Part shown: piece after piece, positions 1-10,000 of the stretch | Layout of the letters: each line of letters starts with the position of its first letter | Position numbering within the stretch: position 1 is the stretch's first letter | Assembly (NCBI GenBank): GCA_001724265.1 | Contig: MEDY01000109.1 | Coordinates: 55,262-75,261, forward strand | DNA: 20,000 bases | Direction: 5' to 3' | DNA from: Rhizaria sp. SCN 62-66 | Taxonomy: Eukaryota | Position numbers and translations under genes: made by a program | The notes under the pieces: generated by a model | Seen by the model: the letters and a program-made list of their open reading frames with translations, nothing else | What the model was told of the DNA's origin: nothing | Database searches by the model: none

Positions 1-146
1 TTTTTGTAGCTCGCTTGTGACTGATTGGTTCCTTCTATGATCTTGACGTCTATTTATATGATTTTCCACATTGTATTGTAGCCACTTGACTTACACATTG
101 TTTCTTCTGCCTTGTACTTGTCTCGTATTGACTCATGCTAACACAG
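1..146 (+). other. Probable 3' end of an intron upstream of gene 1 (5' UTR intron or link to an upstream exon)
   Basis: T-rich sequence ending in branch-like GCTAAC (137-142) and CAG (144-146), 6 nt before ATG 153. No donor site identified. Confidence 0.45.
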
Positions 147-152
147 GTTGTA

Positions 153-308
153 ATGAGGCACAACCTGCTCCGACTGCTAATCGCTGTCGTTGCTTTCTGT
201 GCCTTTGTGGTGGCGTACGACTTGTCGTCGGACGCTTCGGCGGAGGTCTCTCACGAGATGTTCGCTGATTCCACCGTCGACCAGGGTGCCCTGCTCAGCA
301 TCGACGCT

Positions 309-342
<34 letters not shown>

Positions 343-2528
343 TTGACTCTGAGGCCGACGCCGACGTTGATGTCGACGCCGAGGTCGACGAGGAGGCTGA
401 GCTTGACGCTGACCTTGACACCGAGGTTGACGTCGCTGCCGAGGCCGAGTCCGAGACTGAGGACTCTGCTTCCGCCGTTTCCAAGGCCCTCGCTGGCAAC
501 AAGCTCGAGGCTGTTCTCCTCGATGTCCCCGCCGTGACCCGTGTCCGCAACGTCCAGCGTCTCGACGCCCAGATGGACGAGGCGATCATGGCGTCCCTCG
601 CCGAGGCCGAGGACAACGTTGTCCCCATGGCCGTCGACACCGATCTTCTCCACCACACCAACGAGCTCGAGAAGCTCCAGGACCTCCTCGAGTCCGAGGA
701 CGCCATTGAGCGTAAGTTCTCCTCTTTCCTCGACATCGGTGCCGAGGCTGACGCTGAGGCTGAGGCCTACGCCAACGCCTTCACCGAGGCCGAGCTTGAG
801 AACGAGGCCGAGCGCAAGGACGTTCTCAAGGACCTCGACGACGCCCTCGAGGCGAACCAGATCAAGGCCGACGCTTCCGAGCTCGCCAAGTCGTCCAACA
901 CCAAGAGTTTCGCCAAGATTGCTAAGGGCGTCACTGGCGGCATGTCGTCAACCGACTTTGCCCTCTCCCGTGTGCGTTCCGACATGGCCATGGCCCTGAA
1001 CACCAAAAAGCACACGCTTGACCGCGCCGCCGAGATTGCGTACGAGATGGGCAACTACCTCACGCAGTTCAACCGCGCCCACGGCAAGCCCTGCGAGGAC
1101 AAGACCCCCGGTGGCCGCGACCGCCGTCGCCGCCGCCGCCGTGGTGGCCGTGACCGCGACCGCCGTCGCCGTCGCCGCGACTCGCGTGACCGCCGCCGTC
1201 GCCGTCGTGAGTCGCGCGACCGCCGCCGTCGCCGCAACCGCTCCCGCAACACGAACACGCACTCGCACTCGTCTTCATCGTCGTCCACGTCGACGCACTC
1301 GTCCACCAACTCCGTGTCTAACACCAACACCAAGACGGAGAACAACCAGAAGGAGACGATCGTCAAGATCCGTGAGGTGATCAAGTACATGCCGTGCGAC
1401 GGCGAGCGCTGCCGCCCCAAGCCCAGCATCATCAAGATCGTCACTCCGCCCCCGGTCATCAACTACACCCAGGTGCAGCCCCTGCGCTACAAGGATCTCA
1501 AGTCGTTCGACATCACCCCCGCGCGCCAGTGGAACTTCACGCACAAGGTCGACAACTCGTCGTGGCCTTCGCAGCAGAAGCAGACGATCATTTACCAGGT
1601 TCCTGACAAGCAGACGCCCAGCCGCCCCGACCTGCCTATCACCCCGCCCAAGAAGCCCGAGCCGCCGAAGACGCCCCAGCAGGATACGACCCCCCCTGAG
1701 TCTCCTCCCCAGCAGGATACGACCCCCCCTGAGTCTCCTCCCCAGCAGGACACCACTCCTCAGCCGCCTCAGGAACAGACCGACGAGACTCCCCAGCCGC
1801 CCGAGGAGGCACCTCCTCAGCAGCAGGATGAGACTCCCCAGCCGCCCCCCGAGGAGGAGAAGCAGGAGGAGCCGCCTCAGCAGAACGATGAGACTCCCCA
1901 GCCTCCCGAGGAGGAGGAGAAGAAGGAGGAGTCTCCCCCCGAGGACAAGGAGGGCTGGGGCCCCAAGTACGTCGGCGAGGACGAAGGCAAGTCCACCAAC
2001 GGCAAGGCTGCTGCTGGCGGCAGTGCCAACAGCAAGTGCTCTGGCAAGTGCGTCGACAACAAGACCAACACGTGCTCGACCGGCTTCCTGTCCGGCAAGT
2101 GCTCCGGCGCTGCTAACATCCAGTGCTGCACGGGCACGGTGACCGCCAAGGGCGGCGCCGCCTCCACCAGCAGCTCCACCGCGTCGTCGGCCAACCCCAA
2201 GTGCCCTGGCACGTGCGCTGACAACAAGACTAACACTTGCTCCTCGGGCTTCCTCTCGGGCAAGTGCTCCGGCGCCGCGACCGTCCAGTGCTGCACGGGC
2301 ACGCTGACCGCCAAGGGCGCCTCCACCTCGACCAGCGCCAGCTCCACCTCCAGCTCTAGCTCGTCGTCCTCATCGTCCTCATCGTCCTCGTCGTCGTCCA
2401 AGTGCTCTGGCGAATGCGTCAACAGCTCCACGTACAAGTGCTCTGCCGCCTTTCAGTCCGGCAAGTGCCCCGGTGCCGCCAACATCAAGTGCTGCCCCGG
2501 TAAGGCCACCAAGAAGTTCTTCTTCTAA
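153..2528 (+). CDS. Secreted low-complexity protein (~791 aa): signal peptide, acidic Asp/Glu/Ala region, Arg-rich block, Pro/Gln/Glu repeats, three C-terminal 6-Cys modules
   Basis: Uninterrupted ORF with strong C/G third-position bias, ending TAA at 2526-2528 and followed by AT-rich sequence. ATG 153 gives MRHNLLRLLIAVVAFCAFVVAY (basic n-region plus hydrophobic h-region). The upstream ATG 135 lies within a probable intron end (GCTAAC..ACAG, 137-146). Confidence 0.85.
303..341 (+). repeat. (GACGCC)n hexanucleotide repeat encoding (DA)n
   Basis: gacgctgacgccgacgccgacgccgacgccgacgccgac read directly. Confidence 0.9.
1110..1250 (+). repeat. Four ~30-36 nt coding repeats encoding xxRD-R5-7
   Basis: Translation GGRDRRRRRRR GGRDRDRRRRRR DSRDRRRRRR ESRDRRRRR. 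Confidence 0.85.
1674..1945 (+). repeat. Coding tandem repeats PQQDTTPPESP / DETPQPPEE; first two 33-nt units identical
   Basis: ccccagcaggatacgaccccccctgagtctcct at 1674-1706 and 1707-1739, then degenerate copies. Confidence 0.9.
2037..2495 (+). repeat. Three 31-aa Cys-rich modules C-x3-C-x7-C-x8-C-x7-CC (2037-2129, 2202-2294, 2403-2495) with Ser/Thr linkers
   Basis: CSGKCVDNKTNTCSTGFLSGKCSGAANIQCC / CPGTCADNKTNTCSSGFLSGKCSGAATVQCC / CSGECVNSSTYKCSAAFQSGKCPGAANIKCC. Confidence 0.9.
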
Positions 2529-2938
2529 GTGAAGCCTGGTTCAGGGAGCACACGGGGGATCCTACTACTTTGTGTGGGTAGGAATATATACGGTTGGTTG
2601 GTGGGCTATGAACAGTCGATCCGTGACAACTTTTATCTGTGTGGTTGTGCACTTTTTTTGAAAGAACATTTGTTTGATTTCCGATTGTGATCAAGAAAAT
2701 CATTCAAATCAATACAAAATTACTGATATACGAATGTTTCGATTGTTCATCTCATGATGTAAATATGTTGTATTTGTGATAATACATACTGGCCTGCTGT
2801 ATTTTGATTACAGTAGGTGCTATATAACGAATAATACCATCGTGCACAAGACTAAGCTCACGTGAGGCAAGTGACATGACACACGAATGAGACCGCCATC
2901 TGGATCCACCAACCAATTGCAGAAGTACCTTGTATGAC

Positions 2939-3538
2939 TCAGTAGACGTGAACGATGTTGTACAGCATGGTCCAGAAGAGGACGTAGGTCATGAGGGCCT
3001 GAACGACGCCGTCAGTCCATACCGACCACTGGGACGCGAAGTACGTCTAAACAAAGAAAACATTCAAAGGGAACACAATATAATAGTATAAACACGGATT
3101 TATCAGAGTAAAACACGTACAGTCAGATGATTGGTTGCACAATGCTGTGTTTTGCGAAGTGACGTACGGTAGGCTTGAACGAGGTCTTGACCATCAGGAA
3201 GTAGGACAGCAGGGCCATAGAGGCTGCGAAGAATAGCAGGCCGTAGATGCCATCAAAGCCAATAATGCCACATGCACTGCCCGCAAAGAGAGCAACCATT
3301 GAGCGACTGCGGATACAGCGTAGACGCAGCAAACAAAAGAGGAAAGATGACGAACGAAGATGTGAGTAAGAGCAGCCTGTGTGTAGAGCACTACAGTTGA
3401 CAGTGGAGGAAATGTGATGGGCGCACAATCAGTCTATACGAGCGTGTTAAGTACGTACATATTGTTATGGAGCAGGCCGTTCGCAGCGACCTTCTCAGGG
3501 GCCGTGCGCTGAGCAATCGGAGTGCGGTCATCCATCAT
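2939..3538 (-). CDS. EMC6: ER membrane protein complex subunit 6 (Rab5ip family), ~108 aa; exons 3538-3459, 3306-3168, 3046-2939
   Basis: Spliced product MMDDRTPIAQRTAPEKVAANGLLHNNI-RSMVALFAGSACGIIGFDGIYGLLFF...KPT-TYFASQWSVWTDGVVQALMTYVLFWTMLYNIVHVY*. The G-x3-GI(L/I)G-x2-G-x-YG motif and the TYVLFWT..Y..VHVY C-terminus are characteristic of EMC6. Both introns are GTACGT...YAG and frame is preserved (80+139+108=327 nt). Confidence 0.93.
3047..3167 (-). other. Spliceosomal intron 2 of EMC6 (121 nt, phase 0)
   Basis: Minus strand GTACGT...ttttctttgtttAG; removal joins KPT to TYFASQW. Confidence 0.9.
3307..3458 (-). other. Spliceosomal intron 1 of EMC6 (152 nt, phase 2)
   Basis: Minus strand AT|GTACGT, branch-like TACTCAC, pyrimidine tract, ccgCAG|T CGC. 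Confidence 0.7.
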
Positions 3539-4045
3539 GGTCCCGACGGGGAGCTAAAGGAGCACGCAGTGAAGACAAATCACATATTCATGAGCCATAA
3601 TATAGACAACAGACAATTAATCGCGATGAAAATCTGTCGCATACAAATTCGTCCCTAATGACGATCAGATGACCGTGATATAGCATCATATTCTTGTCAC
3701 TCGCATAGCAGGCAGTCTTCGTCGCTTCTTTTTTTTGTGGCGTGTAGTCTGTTTGAAATTGCCTAAAAAAACGGTGCTGATACGACACTGTTCCATCGTG
3801 TGGTGCAATTATTATGCACTGTCCAGGAAATTCTACGTTATTTTCTATTATTCGTGCTTTTATATTGCTTGAGTCCCTCACCATGCTGGCCACGACTCAC
3901 TTTTGTGACCCCTTCTTTCCCACTCCTCGCACAGTCGTAGAGACACACTTTCCCTGCGCATACACACGCCACACAACTTCTCTTACTGACAAACGCACTC
4001 TCACCTACACAAGACACTCCCAGGCCGGGGTCTGCGCGTAGTCAC
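3539..4045. promoter_or_regulatory. Divergent (probably bidirectional) promoter/5' UTR region between EMC6 and the TM calpain
   Basis: 507-nt lower-GC spacer between head-to-head start codons; inferred from gene geometry only. Confidence 0.5.
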
Positions 4046-7000
4046 ATGGGGTGGAACCCCTTCTCCGGCGCGTCCCTGGCGACGGACGCCTCCGAGCACG
4101 AAGTGTTGTCCTACTCGATGATTGTGTTCGCGATCCCGTTCGTGCTCTACTGCGTCGCCGCGTACTACTTCTACTCGCTCATTAAGTGGGACCCGTCGCT
4201 TGCCGGCGCCTGGCTCTCCGGCCGCATCACAGAGCTGGGGCTCATCGTGCCCCTCGCCACCGTCCCCGCCGCCAACACCGCTGCAGGCGCCGGCACAGAC
4301 GCCAAATCCACCGCCGACGCCGACGCCGCAGCCGACGCCGCAGCCGCGGCCGCCGCTATTGCTGCGGGCGAGGACCCCGACGCCGCCGTGGCCGCGCTGG
4401 CCCGCGCGCGCGCGCGCACCGCGGCCGCCGCCGCCCGCGCGCGCCGCCGGCACACGGCCGACAACGACGCCATCTTTGCACGCGTGTACCCGTTCTTCCG
4501 CATCTACGCCAACGGCGTCTCGGCAGCCGTGCTGCTCGTGCTGCTGGCGTGGGGCGGCGTGCTGTGCTATCGCGTCTCGCTGCTGCTTACGGTCACGCTC
4601 ATGTGCTGGTGCGCGACGCTGCTGCACCTGGTCTTCGCGCTGCGCCAGTGGCGGCTCGCGATGTGGCGGCTCGACTCGGCCATCGTGAGCAAGTTTGTGC
4701 GCGCCGCCGTGATTATCGCGGTTTACCACGTCGTGCTCGTGCTGCTTACGCGGCCCTACGAGTGGATCGGCTTCGCTGCCATGTTCATGATGTTCAACGT
4801 GCTGCCCGTCATCGTGCTCGCGTTCCGCGGGTTCGAGTCGCACAACCTACTCTCTCCCGCTGTGGACCGCACGGCAGACGCGTTCAACTCCAGCGACGAC
4901 GAGGACGGCATTGACAGCGCGTCCGACGACGACGATGAGACGAACAGCGCCGCTCAGACGGCGCTCGGCCTCGGCAGCGGCCAGTCCGGCCCCAGCTCCG
5001 GCTCTGGAGCTGGCTCTGCTAGCGGGCGCATCGCGGGCGGCGTCGGCCCCAATTCGGCCATCGCGCGCTACTGCCGCGACGTCGGCCTGCGCATTCCGCT
5101 TGCCGGGGCTGACACCACCGCGATCGCCAAGGCCGACAGGGCCGAAAAAATCGAAATGATTTTGGGGACCGTGGGCCGCGGCTTGTCGGGCGCGAGCGCG
5201 ACGAAGAAGCAGGCGATGCTGATCCGCCGTGGACGCGGCGGCGGCGGCAGCGACGGCGACGGCGGCAGTGCGAGCGCTGCCGAGGCTGCGCTTGCCGTGA
5301 AAGAGAGCAAGTCAGGCGGCACCGGCGCTGCGAGTGGTGGCGGTACTGGTGGTGGGGGTAATCGGTTCACTCCGGCCGAGAGCTCTGACGACGACGTCGC
5401 AGCGTCGGATGAGGGCAGTGACACGGAGGAGGCCGGCAACATCCGGTCCATGGACTGGTGGCACAAACAGCAAGAGGCGCTGAACAAGACAGCCCCTTAC
5501 ATTCTGCCGCCCTTAGAGTCCGTCGAATACCTTGTGGCGATCCCACAAAAGAGAGCGAGGAACGATACCAGTGACCACGACGACAGCCGTAGCCCGAGTC
5601 TGATGCCGGGCAACGACAGCCTCCGCAATGATTCCGCTTTCCCGCTCAACAACCTCAGCTTCACGAACAGCAACGCCGGCGCCAATACAACAAACATCAC
5701 CGCCGACGGCTCCAACGGTGGGCGTGGTCGCGGCGGCGGCGGTGGTGGTGGTGGTGGCCGCCGCCGGTTCCGTCAGCGACCGACTCTGAGCAATGACCAA
5801 GTCCAGGGCCTGCTGCTGCGCGAGTATGCGCGCGAGCTCGAGTCGGATAACACGGCGCTGCTGCGCACGTTCAACCTCATCTCGACCGCCGCGGGCGACG
5901 GCGGCGGCAACCACGGGGACGCTGCCGCGCTCGCCGCCGCCTCCGCTGCCGCGGCCGCCGCGGCCTCGCCCGGCGGTGGCGACTCTGCCGGTGCCGGCAA
6001 CGGCGATGACGGTGGCGACGGCGGCGGCGGTGGTGGCGGCGGAGACCAGCGGTTGCGCGCCCTGCGGCAGCAGCGGCACCGGCGCCGCGCCCGCGCCGCC
6101 CGCGCGCGCCGCGCCAACGTTGCGGAGCTGCAGCGGCATCCGCTAACCATGGGCGGCGCGGTGCTGTTGTACCTTGCTGCCGTCGTCGTGCTGCTGCTCT
6201 ACGGCGGGCTCGCGCTGTGGCTGCTCGAGGACGGCGGCGCCGGGTTTGTCACCGTCGCCGCGGTGCTCGTGCTCGACATCATCATCTTCCTCACCGTCTC
6301 CTCCTCGGGCACCGGCACCGGGACCAACGGCGGCGGCGCGGCCAACAGTGCCGGCGCTGCTGCTGGCGGTGGCGCGGGCGCCGCTGCGGGGGCCGCGGGT
6401 GGTGCCGCTGGCGCAGGCGGGGACGGAGGCCAAGCAGCTTCCTGGTCGTCCTCGAAGATTAATTTCGACACGTCGCGGCACCCGATCGCGATCTGCATTC
6501 TCCTGGTGACCGTGCGCCTGTTCCTGGTGCTGTTCGGCCGCGACTACTGGCTCGTGGGCCACGCGGCGATGTTCTTCTTCCTCTCCATCTACCTAGGCGC
6601 CGACGTCATCGACATCGTGCTGCCACCGGTCGGCGAGGACCTCTTCTCCTTTGCCGTCGCCGCGCGCCGCCGCGCCGGCGGGGACGGCGCGCGCATGCAG
6701 ATGACCGTGGGCGCCGTACAGCAGCTGGCCAGCCTCGTGCTCGAGGCGCGCGCGCTGCAGAAGAGCCGCTTTGAGCGCGCGCAGAAGGAGTTCATGGCTA
6801 AGGTGCGCGCCGCGGCCGCCCAGGGCGGGCTCTCGCTTGAGACGCTCTTTACGGACAGTGGCGACGGCGGTGCCGCGGCTGGAGCGGTGAGCACCATCTC
6901 CGCTAACGCGACCGCGAGCGCGAATGCTCGTACCGCTGCGGGCGGCGCGAACGGCGGCGCCACCTCTGCCGTGGCCGCCGCCACTGCCGCCGCCGCGACC

Positions 7001-10000
7001 GCCGCCGCCTCCGCTGCAGCGACCGGGAGCATCGGCGACGGCACCCCCGCGCACATGTCGGCGCCTGACCCCGAGGACCTGCTGCGCACTCGGCTGCACC
7101 ACAACGCCCACGGCGGCAACTCCGGCGCCGGCGCCGGCGCGGGCAGCGAAGGCGGCGTGTCGCGCACGTCGCGTGCGCTTGTTTTCGTGCGCTTCTGGTT
7201 CCTCACCTTCATCTTCATCGGCGAAGTCGCGATCGTCGTGCTGACGTCGTCGGGCTCCTTCGGCCACATCTTCTCCACCGCGGGCCCTGTCGCCGGCGTC
7301 GCAGCGCTGGGGCTGGCGTTTGCGCTGCTGGCGATCCGCGTGATGTACCGCGTGTACGCCAACAACGGCTACTCTGTCACGCCGGGGCTTGCCCTCGGCA
7401 TCTTCGTCGGCGTCGCCGCCTGCGCCGCTGCCGGCGTCGCCCACTGGGCGATTACGCACACCAGCACCGTGCTCATCTGCACATGCTTTATCCCAACGCT
7501 GCTGCTCCTGTTCCTCAGCGCCGTGACCAAGTGGGCGCTCAACGACTACCGCATCCTGTCCCCTGCGCTGCACCGCAGTCCGCCGCTGGCGCCGTTTCTC
7601 CCCGCGCTGCTGCGTCTGCGGCTGCCGTCGTCGGACTTAGTACAGCTCGCTTCGCACGCGCTCTTCGTCATACTCACCGTCGCCTTTGGCTACCTTATCT
7701 CTTACGAGCTGTCGTCGCACGCCACGGGCGGCTTCTCCGGCGGCATCGGCTGGATCGGCGTCATCGCCGCCATGGCGCTGCTGGTGCTCATCCTCACCGG
7801 GCTCACCGTGATTGAGTGGTTCATGACCTTCGAGCTCGCGCTGCCCGCTGTGGCGCGCCTCACCGTCGCGCTCCTCGTCTTCACCGGGTCCTGCGCCTAC
7901 GTGTTCTGGGGCGTTATCGTCCCCGGCTTTAGCGCCGACTCCATGCCCTACGCGCTCATCCTGCTCTCTGTTGTGTTTGCGTACCCGATCATCACCGTCG
8001 CGCTCTTCTGCGGGTTCCACATCGTCGACTCTCACGGCCAGGTCTCCGGCGGCACGCGCGCCGCGCTGATCGGGTGCTTCGCGCTCGTGCTCGTGTACCT
8101 GCTCATCGCGGCCATCTTCTTCGAGCCGTGGCTTGTGTACGTGCTCCTGCTCGTCGGGCTTGCCGCGGCCGCCGTGCTGCTGTTCCTTGTCCCCTGGGTT
8201 GCCGCCATCGGCCGCATCGCGCTGCAGTGTTACATGCTGCTGCTCGTCGTCATGGCCTTCGCAGTCGCCTGGCTGCTCGGCAACTTCGTAACCTTCTTCC
8301 TGGGACTCACCGCGACTGTGGTCGTGTTGTGGTGCATCCTCATCGCGTTCACCAAGGCCGCGTATGACGCACATGCGAGCAGCGACGACAAGTACTTCAT
8401 CAACACTGTCTACGGCTCCTCAATCTTCATCTGGTCGCCGTATCTCTTCCCGCTGCGTGTATTTACACCGCGCATGACCTCGCAGCTCGAGAACCCCATC
8501 TCGGAGCGCTCTGATCTGGTCTTGTGTCTGCTTGCCTGTGCTCTCGTGCCGTACGCTTACGCGCTGGCGACCGTGCACTTCATCCGTCCCGCGAGCATCG
8601 GGCTCGGGCTCGCCGCGCTGACAATGACCGCGTTCATCACGCTGCTCTTCCACCTGCGCCACAAGGCCTCGGCGCACTATGACTCGCTCCACGCATCGCT
8701 GTCCTTCCTCAAGCCCGGTTCCGAAAAAATTGCGCACGGCGTGCTGACCGCACAGGTGGCGGCATCAGTGATCCTGACCCGCGCCGCGCCGCTGGGGCTG
8801 CTGGCGGCGCCGCCTGCGGTGCGCGCGCTCGTGGTCAACCTGCAGGCGTTCAAAAGCAAGGCCGAGGCCTACGGCGCCGTGCGCGACGTAGTGGACTGGG
8901 CGTGTGTGGGCGAGACGCTGCAGCGCGCCGGCGTTGACACGACTGCACACTCGCCGTTACGCATTGCGGGCGCGTGGGAGAGAGCCAAGTCACGCGCCAG
9001 CAGCGTTGGCAGGAGCAACAGCGGCCGCGGCACGAAGTTTGGCAACGGCGGAATCTCTGCGTTTGGCATCAACTTGGACTCGATTCCAGAGCTGTTAGAC
9101 CACAGCGAAGATGCAAACAACATCAATAGCAATAGCGATAGCGCGGTCACCAGTACTGGCGGTAACGGCAGCGGCGAGATGGGCCGGCGCTCGTTGCTGT
9201 CGCCGCAGCTTACCGCGTTCGCTAATAGGCTCATGCCGACCGCGGCCCGCTCGCCCGCTGCCGGAGTAACGACCCCCACAGCCAACAGCCCTACGATGGG
9301 CCCCGGCGCCGCCCCGCCGCCGCAGCGTCTCGCGTCGCTGCTGTCTCCCAGCGGCGCCAGCGCGAGCGCAATGCCCGCGATCGCTCTGCTGCCCTCGCTC
9401 GCGCCCTCTGTCGCGAGCGGCCACGGCAGCAAAACGGGCAACGGCCCTCTGTCACCGCGTGCGACGCCCAGGAACACCGCTGGCGGCGGCGCCGGCGCGA
9501 GCCCTGCTGCCGCGACGAACCCTGACTTGGCAATTGCACCCAGCGTGACCGTGACCGGCTCGTTCGCGCTCGACGCCCTGCTGGCCCCGCCCTCGTGGCT
9601 GCCCGCGGACACGCGCTCCCCTCTCGAGGCCACCGTTGCAACCGCCGCCGCAGCCGCGGCCACGACCGCGGCGACATACGCCGGCACGTTCCCCGCGCCC
9701 GGGCTAAGTACCCCTTTAGACCGCGTGGGCACGAGTGTGCTTGCGCCGCCGCCGCCCGTGACCGCGTCGGCGCACGCACTAGGCGCGTGTCTGTCCCGCC
9801 TGTCTTCAGAGCAAGTTGCGCTGCTGCTGAGCGTGGTGACGTCGCACTGGGTACACTTGGCGCGGCGCACGTGTCTGCTCAAGAGTCAGATTGACGAGCT
9901 GAATGTGCTGGCGAGGATTGTGGGCAAGGGACTGGCGGTGCTGCCCACATCAATGTCGCAGTCACGCAAGAAGAAGAATAACAGTAATAGTCTTCACAGC

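Noticed and set aside
2511-2528. C-terminal KKFFF as an ER retrieval signal
   Set aside because: Lysines are at -5/-4 rather than -4/-3 or -5/-3, and there is no TM anchor to make the tail cytosolic.
3467-4041. Short ORFs in the divergent spacer (63-101 aa)
   Set aside because: No coding-type codon bias or recognisable motifs; they lie in lower-GC intergenic sequence or overlap EMC6 antisense.
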